Source: Chiloscyllium plagiosum (Eukaryota). From it: a stretch of DNA of 64,000 nucleotides. The position numbers and the translations under genes are program-made. Location: NCBI RefSeq assembly GCF_004010195.1, contig NC_057728.1:48715152-48779151 (forward strand), given 5' to 3'. This document shows positions 13,351 to 25,128 of this stretch, piece after piece. Positions within the stretch are counted from its first letter, which is position 1. The number at the start of each line of letters is the position of its first letter. The notes under the pieces were generated by a model. That model searched no databases and had not been told where the DNA came from. It saw nothing but the letters and a program-made list of their open reading frames with translations.

Positions 13351-13572
13351 AGTTAAAAATCACACAACACCAAGTTATAGTCCAACAGGTTTATTTGGAA
13401 GTACACACTTTCAGAGCACTGCTCCTTCATTAGGTAGCTAGTGGAGCAAGATCATAGGACACAGAATTTATAGCAAAAGATCATAGTGCCATACAACTGG
13501 TGCAAAATATTGAACAAACCTCGATTGCTGTTGAGTCTTTCATCTTTTAGAATGGGTTGCAGGTTTCGATTC
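13351..13572 (-). mobile_element. Penelope-derived pLTR (family C), left arm
   Basis: Matches 17531-17612 and is an inverted repeat of 14615-14802. Confidence 0.7.
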
Positions 13573-14600
13573 ATAGAACATTGACGTAAAACTGTACAGC
13601 ACAGTACAGGTCCTTCAGCCCACAATGTTGTACTGACCATTTATCTTAATCTAAGATCAACCTAACCTACACACCCCTCAATTTACTGCTTTCCATGTAA
13701 TTGTTCAGCAGTCACTTAAATATCCCTAATGTCTCTGACTCTACCACCAAAGCTGGCAGTGCATTCCACACACCCATTACTCTCTGCATAAACAGCCTAC
13801 CTCTGATATCTCCCTTGTATCTTACTCTAATCATTTTAAAATTATGACCCCTCTTGACGGCCATTTCTGCCCTGGGGAAATATCTCCGGCTATCTACTCT
13901 ATCTATGCCTCTCATTACTTTGTACACCTCTATCATGTCACCTCTCTTCCTCCTTCTCTCTAGTGTGAAAAGTCTGAGCTCATTCAATGTCTCTTCATAA
14001 GACAAGCCCTCCAATCCGGGCAGCATCCAGGTAACTCTCTTCTGCACCCTCTCTACATCCTTCCAATAATGAGGTGACCAGAACTGGACACAATATTCAA
14101 AGTGTGGTTTAACCAGGGTTTTATAGAGCTGCAGCAAAACTTTGTGGCTCTTAAACTCAATCCCCCCTGTTAATGAAAACCAAAATACAATACACCTTCT
14201 TAAAAACCTTATCAACTTGAGTAGCAACTTTGAGGGATGTATGTACATGGACCCCAAGATACCGCTGTTTCTCCACAATGCCAAGAATCCAGTCTTTAAC
14301 CCTGTATTCAGCATTCCAATTCGATCTTCCAAAATTAATCGCCTCACATTTATCCAGGTTGAACTCCGTCTCCCACTTCTCTGCCCAGCTCTGCATCCTG
14401 TCAATGTCAGGTTGTAGCCTTCAACAGTCTCAACACTATCTACAACACCACCAACCTTTACGTCATCGGCAAACTTAGTAACCCACCCTCCCACTTCTTC
14501 ATCTAAATCATCTGTAAAAACTATAAAGAGCAGAAACCCAAGAACAAATCCCAATGGGACATCGCTGGTCACTGACCTCCAAGCAGAATACTTTCCATCT
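13573..14600 (-). mobile_element. CR1 LINE 3' fragment (second subfamily)
   Basis: VTKFADDVK, LVKPHFEYCVQFWSP, WNALP; tail catagaac. Confidence 0.85.
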
Positions 14601-14614
14601 CTATGAGTCTATGA

Positions 14615-14802
14615 CAGCAATCTAGGTTTGCTCAATACATTGCATCAGTTATATAACACTATGATCTTTTACTATAAATTTGTATCCTATGATCCTGCTC
14701 CACTAGCTGCCTGTTGAAGGAGCAGTTCTCTGAAAGAGCTGAAAAATAAACCTGTTGGACTATAATCCGGCGTTGTGTGATTTTCTTTAACTTTGTCCAC
14801 CC
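14615..14802 (+). mobile_element. Penelope-derived pLTR (family C), right arm
   Basis: Inverted copy of 13351-13531 with a decayed hammerhead (cctgttgaaggagcagttctctgaaag). Confidence 0.7.
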
Positions 14803-15329
14803 TTTGAATGTAGAAGTGCTTCCTAACCTCTCCGGAATGGTTTGGCCTTAATTCTCAGACTATGCCCCTAGTTCTAAAATCCCCAACGAGTGGAAATTCT
14901 TTATCTACCTTGTCGTTCCTTGTTAATACCTTGAAAGTATCTATTCTCCTTTCATTTAAACCTTGGAATTGGCTCTCCTTCATTTTGACCTGTTTAATGA
15001 AATTTAATGGAAGTAGGATAGCTAGGTCCTAAAGAAAAAAGAAATGTTGCGACTAATGAAGAGATGATTTCTTTCAAAATGTACGCCATAACCACTCCTC
15101 ACATGGTTATAATAAATTATGGATTTGTCTGAGGTGTCCCATTGGCAAATGATAGAATTGGAGTGAGGGAAATAAATTTTCCTTCAAATGCCACGCACAA
15201 AAAAACCTGCAAAAATTTTTTTTTTAGTCTTAACTGACCTTCAAGGTGCCAACATTTGAAATTAATGCTTTTGTAGGACAGGACAAAATAAGTTGTGCAA
15301 AACTAAAAACCACACTCTTTTAAGAGTTT

Positions 15330-15636
15330 GATTAGATTAGATTCCCTACAGTGTGGAAACAGGCCCTTCAGCCCAACTAGTCCACACCGACCCTCCGAAG
15401 AGTAACCCATCCAGACCCATTCCCCATATTTACCCCTGACTAATGCACCTAACTCTATGGGCAATTTAGCATGGCCAGTTCACCTAACCCGCACATCTTT
15501 CGACTGTGGGAAGAATCCGGAGCACCCGAAGGAAACCTATGCAGACACAGGGAGAATGTGCAAACTCCACACAGTCGCCCGAGGCTGGAATCGAACCCGG
15601 GTCTCTGAGGCAGCAATGCTAACCACTGAGCCACCC
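15330..15636 (-). mobile_element. HE1-type V-SINE
   Basis: A box GGCTCAGTGGTTAG, B box GGTTCGATTCC, V-domain, (ctaat)n tail. Confidence 0.88.
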
Positions 15637-15669
15637 ATTAAAAGTCATAACTAAGCACTTAGAATAGAG

Positions 15670-16460
15670 TTCCACCAGAAAGCAAAGAAAACCTGGAAAT
15701 CAAATTAAACCTGGAGCAGCAGGGATTGGAAATAGAATTCCATCAGAGAAAAGAGGATTCCAGGAACAGATAGAGAATGACCGACCAACAGAAAGTTTTA
15801 AGAAAGACAGAGTTCCAAATGAGACAGCTTAAGCTGAAAGGAGAGAATTAAGACAACTCTGATGAGGGAAAGACACCTAATTCAGGCTTCAGAGCTGAAG
15901 CATTTAAGTTTGGCCATTTAATCCCTAACTTAGAAGAGGAAAAGGGGGACACCTTCTATACCTTTTTTGAAAGTCAATTGTTGAGCAGTTACAGGACAGT
16001 CTGACAGACAAATTTCTGCTTGGCTCTGCACATAACAATCAGTTTGCTCATGCTATCCGTTACATTGACTTCCACTTCCGGTAGTCTCTGATCAGTATTG
16101 TCCTTGGAGGTCCACACAGAATTAAAAAAAATAGGAATGCTGCTGATAGGAAAGGCTCATTTAGCTTATTCCCTCTTATCCTCAGAGGTAGCAAAAAGGA
16201 TTATTTTGACTGTGTACTGGTTAGTGCCAGAGGCTATACCCTTAAGAAATGGTCTGTTCAGAATACACCAAGTAAAAGAATAGTTTAATGCACTCATTTA
16301 TGATCATTGATATGGACATTTAAAATTGAAACCACCTGAGAGAGATAATACCCCTCGAGGGGCATTTCAAAAACTCCACACTCTTTCCAATTCAGACTCC
16401 CGTTTGGGAGGAGGGAGCAGTAGTGCCCAAACAGTCAGCAAATTTGGCTGATCACTAATG
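15670..16460 (+). mobile_element. Fossil Gmr1-like Gypsy gag / SCAN-related capsid remnant
   Basis: Broken frames read LIPNLEEEKGDTFYTFFE, LIGKAHLAYSLLSSE...IILTVYWLVPEA, FKNS...IQT, SANLADH, preceded by a Glu/Lys/Arg-rich stretch. The motif order matches Gmr1-like gag as I recall it. Confidence 0.6.
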
Positions 16461-17500
16461 TTGAACAAAAAGACCCATTAAGTCAGGGAAGTTGGACCCT
16501 GGGAGCTGTCACTGACCTGTGAGACAAAGGTAGATAAATATCCGAGAGACTAGCTAGTGAGAAAGAGGGGGCAGACAGAGATGACAGAACTGACCCTGGG
16601 CATTGAAAGGAGGAATCAGATGTGGAACAGGGAAGGGGAAGCTGACCCAAGTGCTGCCACTACAGAATACGTAAAGAAAAATGGCTGGTTCCAACAATCC
16701 AATGAAATTCAAATTAAGAAAAAAGATTAAAAATACATTGCAACTAAAAAACAATTAAGGCTGGAACATTTACATCCATCAGCATTCAGAACTGTATGAC
16801 TTTGGCCTCCACTCAAAGTGTATAACGAACTATTGAAGTAAAATTAAAATTACCATGGAAATCAAATATTCAACATTTACTTAGTTCAACATCATGCTGC
16901 TTCTTCTGGATTTGTTTTTTTAAAGCAAAAATTTTAAAAACATTTTTCTACTAGATCAGTATAATTGACCTCTATTAATATGAACAAGAAACTGGAATTT
17001 TTATTAGTCTGCAGTGAGTAAATTAAAGCCATATCAATAACAAAAGCAGATAGTTTGGTCAGGTAGGTCTGCCGTCTGTTCCATCCTTCACTACCTGATT
17101 CGTGACAGCTACAACAAACACCCAAACAAAAACTACATTGTATAAATTAGGGTAGAATACATTTCAAAGACATGTTGGTTGGAAGCAGGATGGCAGGCAG
17201 TGGGAAGACAAGGTATAAATTGGAAATCTAGATGACCAGGTCACATCGCTACACAACTCAATGTGTCAGCATCTTAAGCATGCTCCAGCTTCTTGGATCA
17301 GTTAGGATGATATTTATTGGAGTTTAGAAGAATGAGGGTTTCAGGGAATCGCATAGAAACCTATAACATTTCAACAGAACTAGGCAAGGTAAAGGCAAGA
17401 ATGATACTCCTGATGAAGGAGGCAACCAGAATTGCAGTCTAAGTATGCAGGGAAAGCCATTTAGAACACAGATGCAAAGAAATTTCTTCATCCAGACTGA

Positions 17501-17670
17501 CTTGGAGATGCCGGTGTTGGACTGGGGTGTACAAAGTTAAAAATCACACAACACCAGGTTATAGTCCAACAGGTTTAATTGGAAGCACTAGCTTTCAGAC
17601 CGCCGCTCCTTCACCGCTTCCAATTAAACCTGTTGGACTATAACCTGGTGTTGTGTGATTTTTAACTTTG
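17501..17670 (-). mobile_element. Mini Penelope-derived hairpin insertion (family C) with 14-bp TSD
   Basis: TSD ttcatccagactga at 17487-17500 and 17671-17684; perfect 56-bp inverted repeat 17531-17586 / 17616-17671. Confidence 0.85.
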
Positions 17671-17990
17671 TTCATCCAGACTGATGAGCCCGGGGAATCT
17701 CGGCCACAGAAAACTAGATTCTTAAGGCTAAACGGTATATGGAGAAAATAAGAATAGGGTACTGAAACTAACAAAATACTGGAGATCACAGTGGGTCAGA
17801 AGTCTAGACAGATGATCAGCCATGATTATATTGAGTTGTAGCGCAGACTCAAAGAGCCAAAGGACGTTCTCTGGCTCATGCTTCCAAGTTGTCCTCATTC
17901 CAAAATCACTCTGTAATGATTATACAAGTAAAATATGTTTGAAAGACAGAGAACCTTATTCTAAAACTGACAATTCAGAGACCATCTTAC

Positions 17991-18036
17991 CTTTAAAAAA
18001 CTGTTGCAGTGCTTCATTTTCTCCTAAAACATCCAT
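17991..18036 (-). CDS. MYRFL: MYRFL first coding exon (MDVLGENEALQQFFK)
   Basis: ATG at 18036-18034, donor AG|gtaaga, phase 1. Nearly identical to the recalled MYRFL N-terminus MDVVGENEALQQFFE. Confidence 0.93.
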
Positions 18037-20231
18037 TGGATAAGTCTTAAGAGCACACGAACCTGAAACTCTTCTCTAAAAATTCTTCAACAAGCTCTCA
18101 GGTTCCTCAGCTGTTCAGAAAAGATTACACTCCCAGTTCACATTCAGCAAACTGGTCAAGAGGTACATTTCTATGTTGAACCTGCAGAAGTACAAGTTGT
18201 TTTCAATCTTCCTATACAATTTACCTTTGCCCAATTACTGTATTTTTAAAGGTAATATTCGACAGGAAATTGCCAGATCTTCATGGTGATTTATAATATT
18301 CCAAGATGGCAAATGATTTTGAATAAGCCCTTCTCGAATAGTCTCAATAAGCCCACTTAATACACAAATTCTTTCCTCATTCTTAATACTTAGACCTTTG
18401 ACCAGTACCTTCAAACCTTTTTTTTTCCCAATTATTACCATACAAGCAGAACACAGCAATTTACTTTTATTGCATAGGCAGTGAAACTATTACGTAAGTG
18501 ACAAACTGCGCACTTTGTTAAACTACACTCCTTGTTTCCTGGTTACCAAGGTCAAAGCACTGTTAATAATGAGATATGAAAGGAGGAGAGTTAAAGGGCA
18601 AGAACTATTAAGGTAATAGGGTTATTTACTTTCAGAAAAGAATCAATACATGGTTATGAAAAATATGAAAATAGAGGTCTGAGTCATGGAGGTTAATAGC
18701 ACATAAAAAGACCATTTGACCCATCATGCCTGTGCTAGTCAAAACCAACCTAAGTGTTCTCATCTCATTTTTCAGTACTTGGGCCATGGCCTTGAGTGCT
18801 TTGTATCACAAGTATACCGTTTGCAATCATAAACTGTTTAAGCTGCTAAGACTGAGGCCTACTACTTATACCCACGCTTCCACATTGTGTCATCTTGATT
18901 GTTAATATCCCAAAAACAAACATGTCTGATTAAATGTTGAACTGGATAAATTAGTTGATTCAGAGGATGACAAAGTTAGAATGCTTGATTTGAATTTCTG
19001 GTCTTTCTGTCCTCCCAACAATGATCAATGCTGTGAGATATCATTTCTTGTACTGTACATATGTTTTACCTTTAACAAACAAAATTCCTTAAATGCTAAT
19101 GCAGGATTTATATTTGTGCATTGTAGTCACATTTTGTATCAGCTGAAGTACAGGGAGCTTACACATTGTAGCTATGGTCTGGACAATGCAATTTGGACAG
19201 TGGACCACAGTTCCTTTAAATCATGAAAAATAAATAAGAAAGGCTGAGTTGTCAGATTTTCTTGCAAATCCTTAAATTTCTTCCCTTTAAAAGCAATTGA
19301 AGATTGCAGTATGGCAAGTGCAAAAGCACAAAATTCAGACCATTTTTTAAAAAAAGTAGTTATAACGCAAAACTCATTTGGAACTCCCACTGTGGAATAA
19401 GTCATCAAAACACTATACTCAGCAACTCTCATCCAAAATTTACACTATTTCCAAACCTATGATTTTCATTGCACAAAAAAACTAAAAAAAAGTTATTGCC
19501 AACACTTCTCCTATTTCCTTATTTGCCTCATTTAACAGCCTGGGATACATTTCATCTGGCAGTGGAAACTGATCCAGTTTGAAGCCTTCCAGACCACTCA
19601 GAACCTCTTCTCTGTCAATGCTAACTTTGTTAAGCATATCAGTTCTTCTCCCTGATTTCTACATTTACACCAATCTCAAATATATTTTTTAAAGTTCTTT
19701 TCTTTATTTTGTTTGCCATTATTCATTCATACCACCTTTTTGCTCTCCTGATTTCTTTAAGTTTCCCCTTGCACACACTATAATCCTCTAGAGCATCTAC
19801 TGTTTTGGCTTTCAGTATCAGCCATTTCTGTACTATCAAATCATTTTAACATTTCATATGCCTCGATCATACAAACCTTCAATCTTCTATAATCAAGTTT
19901 ATGCAACTTACTCTTGTATTTTAACTCTCCAGGCCCTACATCATACTAGCAAATTGGCACAACAGCCTAGTGAAGATCCATATATACTTGCTGAAGTGTC
20001 CACAACCAAAAGCATTATAGAATCTGACTGAAGACATATTCAACACAAGCACAATGCTGTCGCATTTAATTTCCATCACTTGAGATTAGGGCTAATATTC
20101 CATTTCTATACTTGTACATTAGATTTTAATGACACATGATCTTATCACTCCCGCATCTACGATGCAATCCAAGCCTTCATTTCTTTCTGGGCCACCAGGT
20201 TGAGAAACATTTCTAACTGATAGATTGGGTC

Positions 20232-20346
20232 AGAGTCATAGAAGTATACACTACGGAAACAGATCCTCCTGTCCAACTCGTCCATGCCGACCAGAAATCC
20301 TAAACTGATCTAGTCCTGTGTGCCAGCACTTGGCCCATCTCCCTCT
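20232..20346 (-). mobile_element. CR1 3' tail fragment
   Basis: agagtcatagaag...ggaaacagatcctcctgtccaactcgtccatgccgacc. Confidence 0.7.
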
Positions 20347-21339
20347 GCAGATTAAGGTGGGACTGCAGGGTTTTGGCAAGGCCCATTTGATCAAGACGCT
20401 GTTGCATTTATCAAGTTAATTGTATGTATTGCTTGTGTGTAAAACAAAACCCCTGTAATTTAGTGAGAAAGAAATAAACTGAGTTGACAAACTGCTGGAT
20501 GATTTGCAACACAACTGTGAACATGGCGGAAACAATAGCTCACTGCAATAGTCCCATGAATTAAGGGATTTCCACACTTGCACTGTTAAATGTGTGTTAA
20601 TTTGGCAGCAAAAATTAGGCCTTGTTTCTCTCAATCTTTATAAATAGAAGGCCACTTATGTTTCTTCAGTGTTCAACCTGATGGCCCAGAAAGAAAATAA
20701 ATGATGGACGCTCACAGATACTGTGCTTTTCCTAGGGATTTTTAAATATGAAAGAAACAGTTGGTTCAAAAGATCAGGTTAACATTAGGATCTAGAATAA
20801 AGGCAGCAGGTTTTGAATGAGTGAGTGGGGCAGAAGTGGCCCAAATGTAATTTAAGTTTGTATATACTTAGTGACCAAGTGTGTTGTTTCAAGCCTCACA
20901 TGAAAACCTTGGGCATTCACTATGCTCTAGGCCCAAACTCTAGCAGCTTCTTCAACAACCCACCAAATTTCTTTCTCACATGATCAGAATTTTCTGAAAA
21001 TACTGCTTTTCCCATTAGAGATTCTGTCCACCTTTCTCCTCCTCGTACCACTTGCGACCAATCATACAGACCTCAACTTGTGCCTCATACACCAGAGAGC
21101 TGGCTACTCAATGTCTGCCTGCTAGATAGTTAATCTGGCTAGTTGTCAGGCAAGATAACGCAAGGTTTTTTTGGAGAGAAGTCTGAAGATTGGAAGAGCC
21201 TCTATAGCCCATCCCTATTGGGTTCATTGCTGGGCATTAGAATTCCATGTACCCTTCTCCCTACCCCATTGAAAACTAAAGCCATCAAATACTTAGTAAG
21301 TTCAAAAAGCAAAAGTTGTTAAATGATGAGCCTTCAAAC

Positions 21340-21510
21340 AGGACCATAAGACACAGAATTTATAGCAAAAGATTAGTGTCGTGCAACTGAAATGATATCT
21401 TGAACAAACCTAGATGACTGTTAAGTCTTTTATCATGGATAGCAGGTTTCGGTTCATTAAAACATAAATCTCAGAACTACTTTTAAGTTATCTCAAGAAT
21501 GTGACTTAAG
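21340..21510 (-). mobile_element. Family C Penelope-derived remnant
   Basis: Similar to 13450-13572 (gacacagaatttatagcaaaagat...gaacaaacct). Confidence 0.55.
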
Positions 21511-21709
21511 AGTCACAGGATTAAAATCACAGTTAACAGAATTAAAAAAGGAGATTCAGTGAACACAATATGTTCGATTTTTGAAGGTTTCTGATAAACT
21601 TCCCCACAAAACGCTGGTAAGCAAAATTAAAGTACATGGGATAGGAAGCAAATTTGGTTTCCTAACTTCAGGAAGGATATTATTGGCATTAAGTAAATGA
21701 AAACAGAGA

Positions 21710-22806
21710 CTGATTAGCAAGGTTAGATCTCATTGAATAAAGGGAGAACTAGCCATTTGGATACAGAACTAGCTCAAGAGGTAGAGGGTGGTGGTGGAGG
21801 GTTGTTTTTCCAGAGTGGAGGCCTGTGACCAGTGGATCTACTTTTGTCATTTACATAAATGATTTGGATGCGAGCATAAGAGGTATAGTTAGTAAGTTTG
21901 CAGATGACACCAAAATTGGAGGTGTAGTGGACAGTGAAGGAGGTTACCTCAGATTACAACAGGATCTTGATCAGATGGGCCAATGGGCCGAGAAGTGGCA
22001 GTCGGAATTTAATTCAGATAAATGTGAGGTGCTGCATTTTGGGAAAGCAAATCTTAGCAGAACTTATGCACTTAATGGTAAGGTCCTAGGGAGTGTTACT
22101 GAACAAAGAAACCTTGGAGTGCAGGTTCATAGCTCCTTGAATGTGGAGTTGCAGGTAGATAGGATAGTGAAGAAAGCATTTGGTATGCTTTCTTTTATTG
22201 GTCAGAAGTTGGGAGGTCATGTTGCGGCTGTACAGGACATTGGTTAGGCCACTGTTGGAATATGGCGTGCAATTCTGGTCTCCTTCCTATCGGAAAGACG
22301 TTGTGAAACTTGAAAAAGTGTTCAGAAAAGATTTACAAGGAAGTTGCCAGGGTTGGAGGATTTGAGCTATAGGGAGAAGTTGAATAGGGTAGGGCTGTTT
22401 TCCCTGGAGTGTCGGAGGCTGAGGGGTAACCTTATAGAGGTTTACAAAATTATGAGGGGCATGGATAGGATAAATAGACAAAGTCTTTTCCCTGGGGTCT
22501 GGGAGTCCAAAACGAGAGGACATAGGTTTAGCGTGAGAGGGGAAAGACATAAAAGGGACCTAAGGGGCAACTTTTTCACACAGAGGGTGGTACGTATATG
22601 GAATGAGCTGCCAGAGGAAGTGATGGAAGCTGGTACAATTGCAACATTTAAGAGGCATTTGGATGGGTATATGAATAGGAAGGGTTTGGAGGGAAACGGG
22701 CCCAGCTCTGGCAGGTGGGACCAGATTGAGTTGGGATATATGGTCGGCATGGACAGGTTGGACCGAAGGGTCTGTTTCCATGCTGTACATCTCTATGACT
22801 CTATGA
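21710..22806 (+). mobile_element. CR1 LINE 3' fragment
   Basis: [27 protein letters not shown]; tail ctatgactctatga. Confidence 0.9.
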
Positions 22807-22829
22807 TCCTTCAGAAATTCTATGGTACA

Positions 22830-23641
22830 GCATAAAAATACAAATGACCAAAGTTCAGAATAGCATGCTCACAATATGACAAGTATAACAAAAATTGTAC
22901 ACATCAAATTCTCCTGGTAATTCAGGAGCATTAATATTCCCAATTATACAATAACATGAGCAGATAATCTTCAAAACTGCAAATTAACATTTACCAAACA
23001 TATTTATTGTCATTTAGTGCATTTTAAGATTGTTACTGTATCATTAATGCATTTCATATTAGTCAGTTTCATGTCTTAATTTGTCTTAGATTTGCATTAC
23101 AAAGTGTTGTATTCAGAAAATACACTGTATTTAAAGTGCACAATGTCAAATCAATAACTCAACCATTATTAACTAATATTGAATGAAAATGATGCAAAGT
23201 TTGATTGCTTTACAGTGAATGAAAGCCACACATCCTGTCAAATTATTTTGAAATATTCCTTATGAAAATAGAAAGCCAATACACACAAAGCATTTAGTTC
23301 TCTTGCAAACATGTTGCAGAACAGTTAAGAGGTCAACATTTATTTCAGCTGTTTTCATTACACACAATTTATTTTCTATGCAATGCCACTGATACAGTCG
23401 CAAATATTCTCTAGTCCTTCAAATGCCCGAAACTAAATGCAAATAACAGAAAGAATATTTTCCAGTCCATTGTCATTTGTTGAAATTAACTACCCTTGTA
23501 GTACTTAAGCACAACTATTAAAAACAAAATCAGAGATGGTAGGCCGACTACAGAAATAAATATTTGGAGAATAAGTCTTAGGAACTACATCATTGTTGAT
23601 CATTTGAGTAAAACTCATGCATTTTTTCCAATGGCTGGACT
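22830..23641 (-). other. RAB3IP: Probable RAB3IP 3' UTR
   Basis: AT-rich, repeat-free sequence after the stop codon, with candidate AATAAA signals (tttatt on +) near 23368, 23339 and 23003. Confidence 0.5.
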
Positions 23642-23724
23642 TCAGAGTTCCTCCTTGTAAAATCCCAGTTTGGCTAGTGACATTTCCTTCCTCAGATGCA
23701 TCACTTCCCAAAACATTTGTTCAA
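23642..23724 (-). CDS. RAB3IP: RAB3IP last coding exon ([27 protein letters not shown])
   Basis: Acceptor ttttacag, phase 1, TGA at 23644-23642; matches the Rabin8 C-terminus. Confidence 0.96.
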
Positions 23725-24839
23725 CTGTAAAAACAAAATGCAAACAGAAAAATATAAATTTTATATATATAGATAACTCTCACATAAGAACATAGATGGA
23801 GGAGTAAGTTATTTGACACTTCATAATTGCTCCAACAGTCAATAAGATCATCCTTGATCCAGTCTGTGCTTTAATTCATTTTTCTACCCATACCTCAAAA
23901 CAAATTTGTCTAACCCAACTTGAATACACGCATTGACCCAACCTTCACTGCTCACTGGGGATGAGAATTCCAAATTCGAACATCACATCTTTGAGCAAAC
24001 TTTAATCATGGCTGCTAAAATCTTCTTTTACTTGGTCATCATTTCTGACTGATTGTGGTTCTTCAAAATGGCTTGGGATGTTCTTTAAGATTAAAGCATC
24101 CATATAAACGCAAATTATTTTTGTTTTCTTTAATAATAAGAGAATGCCAATTAAGGGAGAAAAAAAAATAAAGAATTCCTATATCAGCAAGTCCATAAGC
24201 AGGAAAAACAGCACAAACTGGGAACTGAGAAGATGGGAGGTGAGAATTTAGATGTGAAGGGAGGGAATGGCTGGTTGATGGAAAAGTAAAATACACCTGT
24301 ATGAACTTGGAAAAAGAGGTGCAACAAAGAATGCTTCTGTGCCACTGCGACAATCCAATACACAATAAAGGGCACAAAAGCATATGAACAATTTCTTGGC
24401 AAGGAAGCTTTTTTATTACAAGTCCCTCCTGTATAAGCAGAAAGGTTTGGGTAGACCTGTGGAGACAACTCAGAATGCTTCACAGTTAACTCCATAGGTA
24501 ATTTGTTTTGAATCAACAACTTCTTTTTTGAATTCATTGAGCCACTTTTGCTAGTTTCCTACTTGAACTTTATTTCGATACTGCTACTATTTTGAAAGTT
24601 GCAATTTCAGTGTCAGATACCACCACAACCACTTAAAAATTGCGCATGTTTTGGGACCTTAGAAAAGCAAGTTCATAATTTGCTTTGGGACTAGGTCAGT
24701 TTGGGAAACCTTGTTGGTATGAAGGAGTTGGACTGAAGGGTCGGTTTCTGTGCTGTATGATACTATAACTCTGGTGCACCCTTAACAGTCAAAAAGAAAG
24801 GGTTTAATTGCAATTGCCATTTTCAAAATAATCACTTAC

Positions 24840-24909
24840 CATCTTGCTGTTTAACAAGACCCTGCTGAATATACCGAATATAAGTGAAGAAGTTGCATAC
24901 AGACATAAT
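24840..24909 (-). CDS. RAB3IP: RAB3IP exon (IMSVCNFFTYIRYIQQGLVKQQD)
   Basis: 70 nt, acceptor ccctctag, donor gtaagt, phase 0 to phase 1. Confidence 0.96.
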
Positions 24910-25028
24910 CTAGAGGGCAAGACAGAAAAAAAAACTATGTTTGTACCAGAATTATACCAATTATCTGATTTACAGAATTAAAGTACAATGATACTTTTTG
25001 AATATACAGAAGGTGAAACATTCCTTAC

Positions 25029-25128
25029 CCTGTATCTACAAAATGGTGAAACATAGTAATAACTACTGGAATCTCCCAATTTTATTCGATGCTTACACGT
25101 TTTAGTTTGACCACTTAGAGCACATTTT
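25029..25128 (-). CDS. RAB3IP: RAB3IP exon ([33 protein letters not shown])
   Basis: 100 nt, acceptor ttttcacag, donor gtaagg, phase 2 to phase 0. Confidence 0.96.

Noticed and set aside
17501..17670. DNA-transposon MITE interpretation of the hairpin elements
   Set aside because: The arms are asymmetric, TSD length varies (mostly 12-15 bp), hammerhead motifs are present, and family A is contiguous with PLE GIY-YIG ORFs
24063..24537. 106-aa and 117-aa minus-strand ORFs in the last RAB3IP intron
   Set aside because: No recognisable similarity, and the flanking exons already join in phase without them
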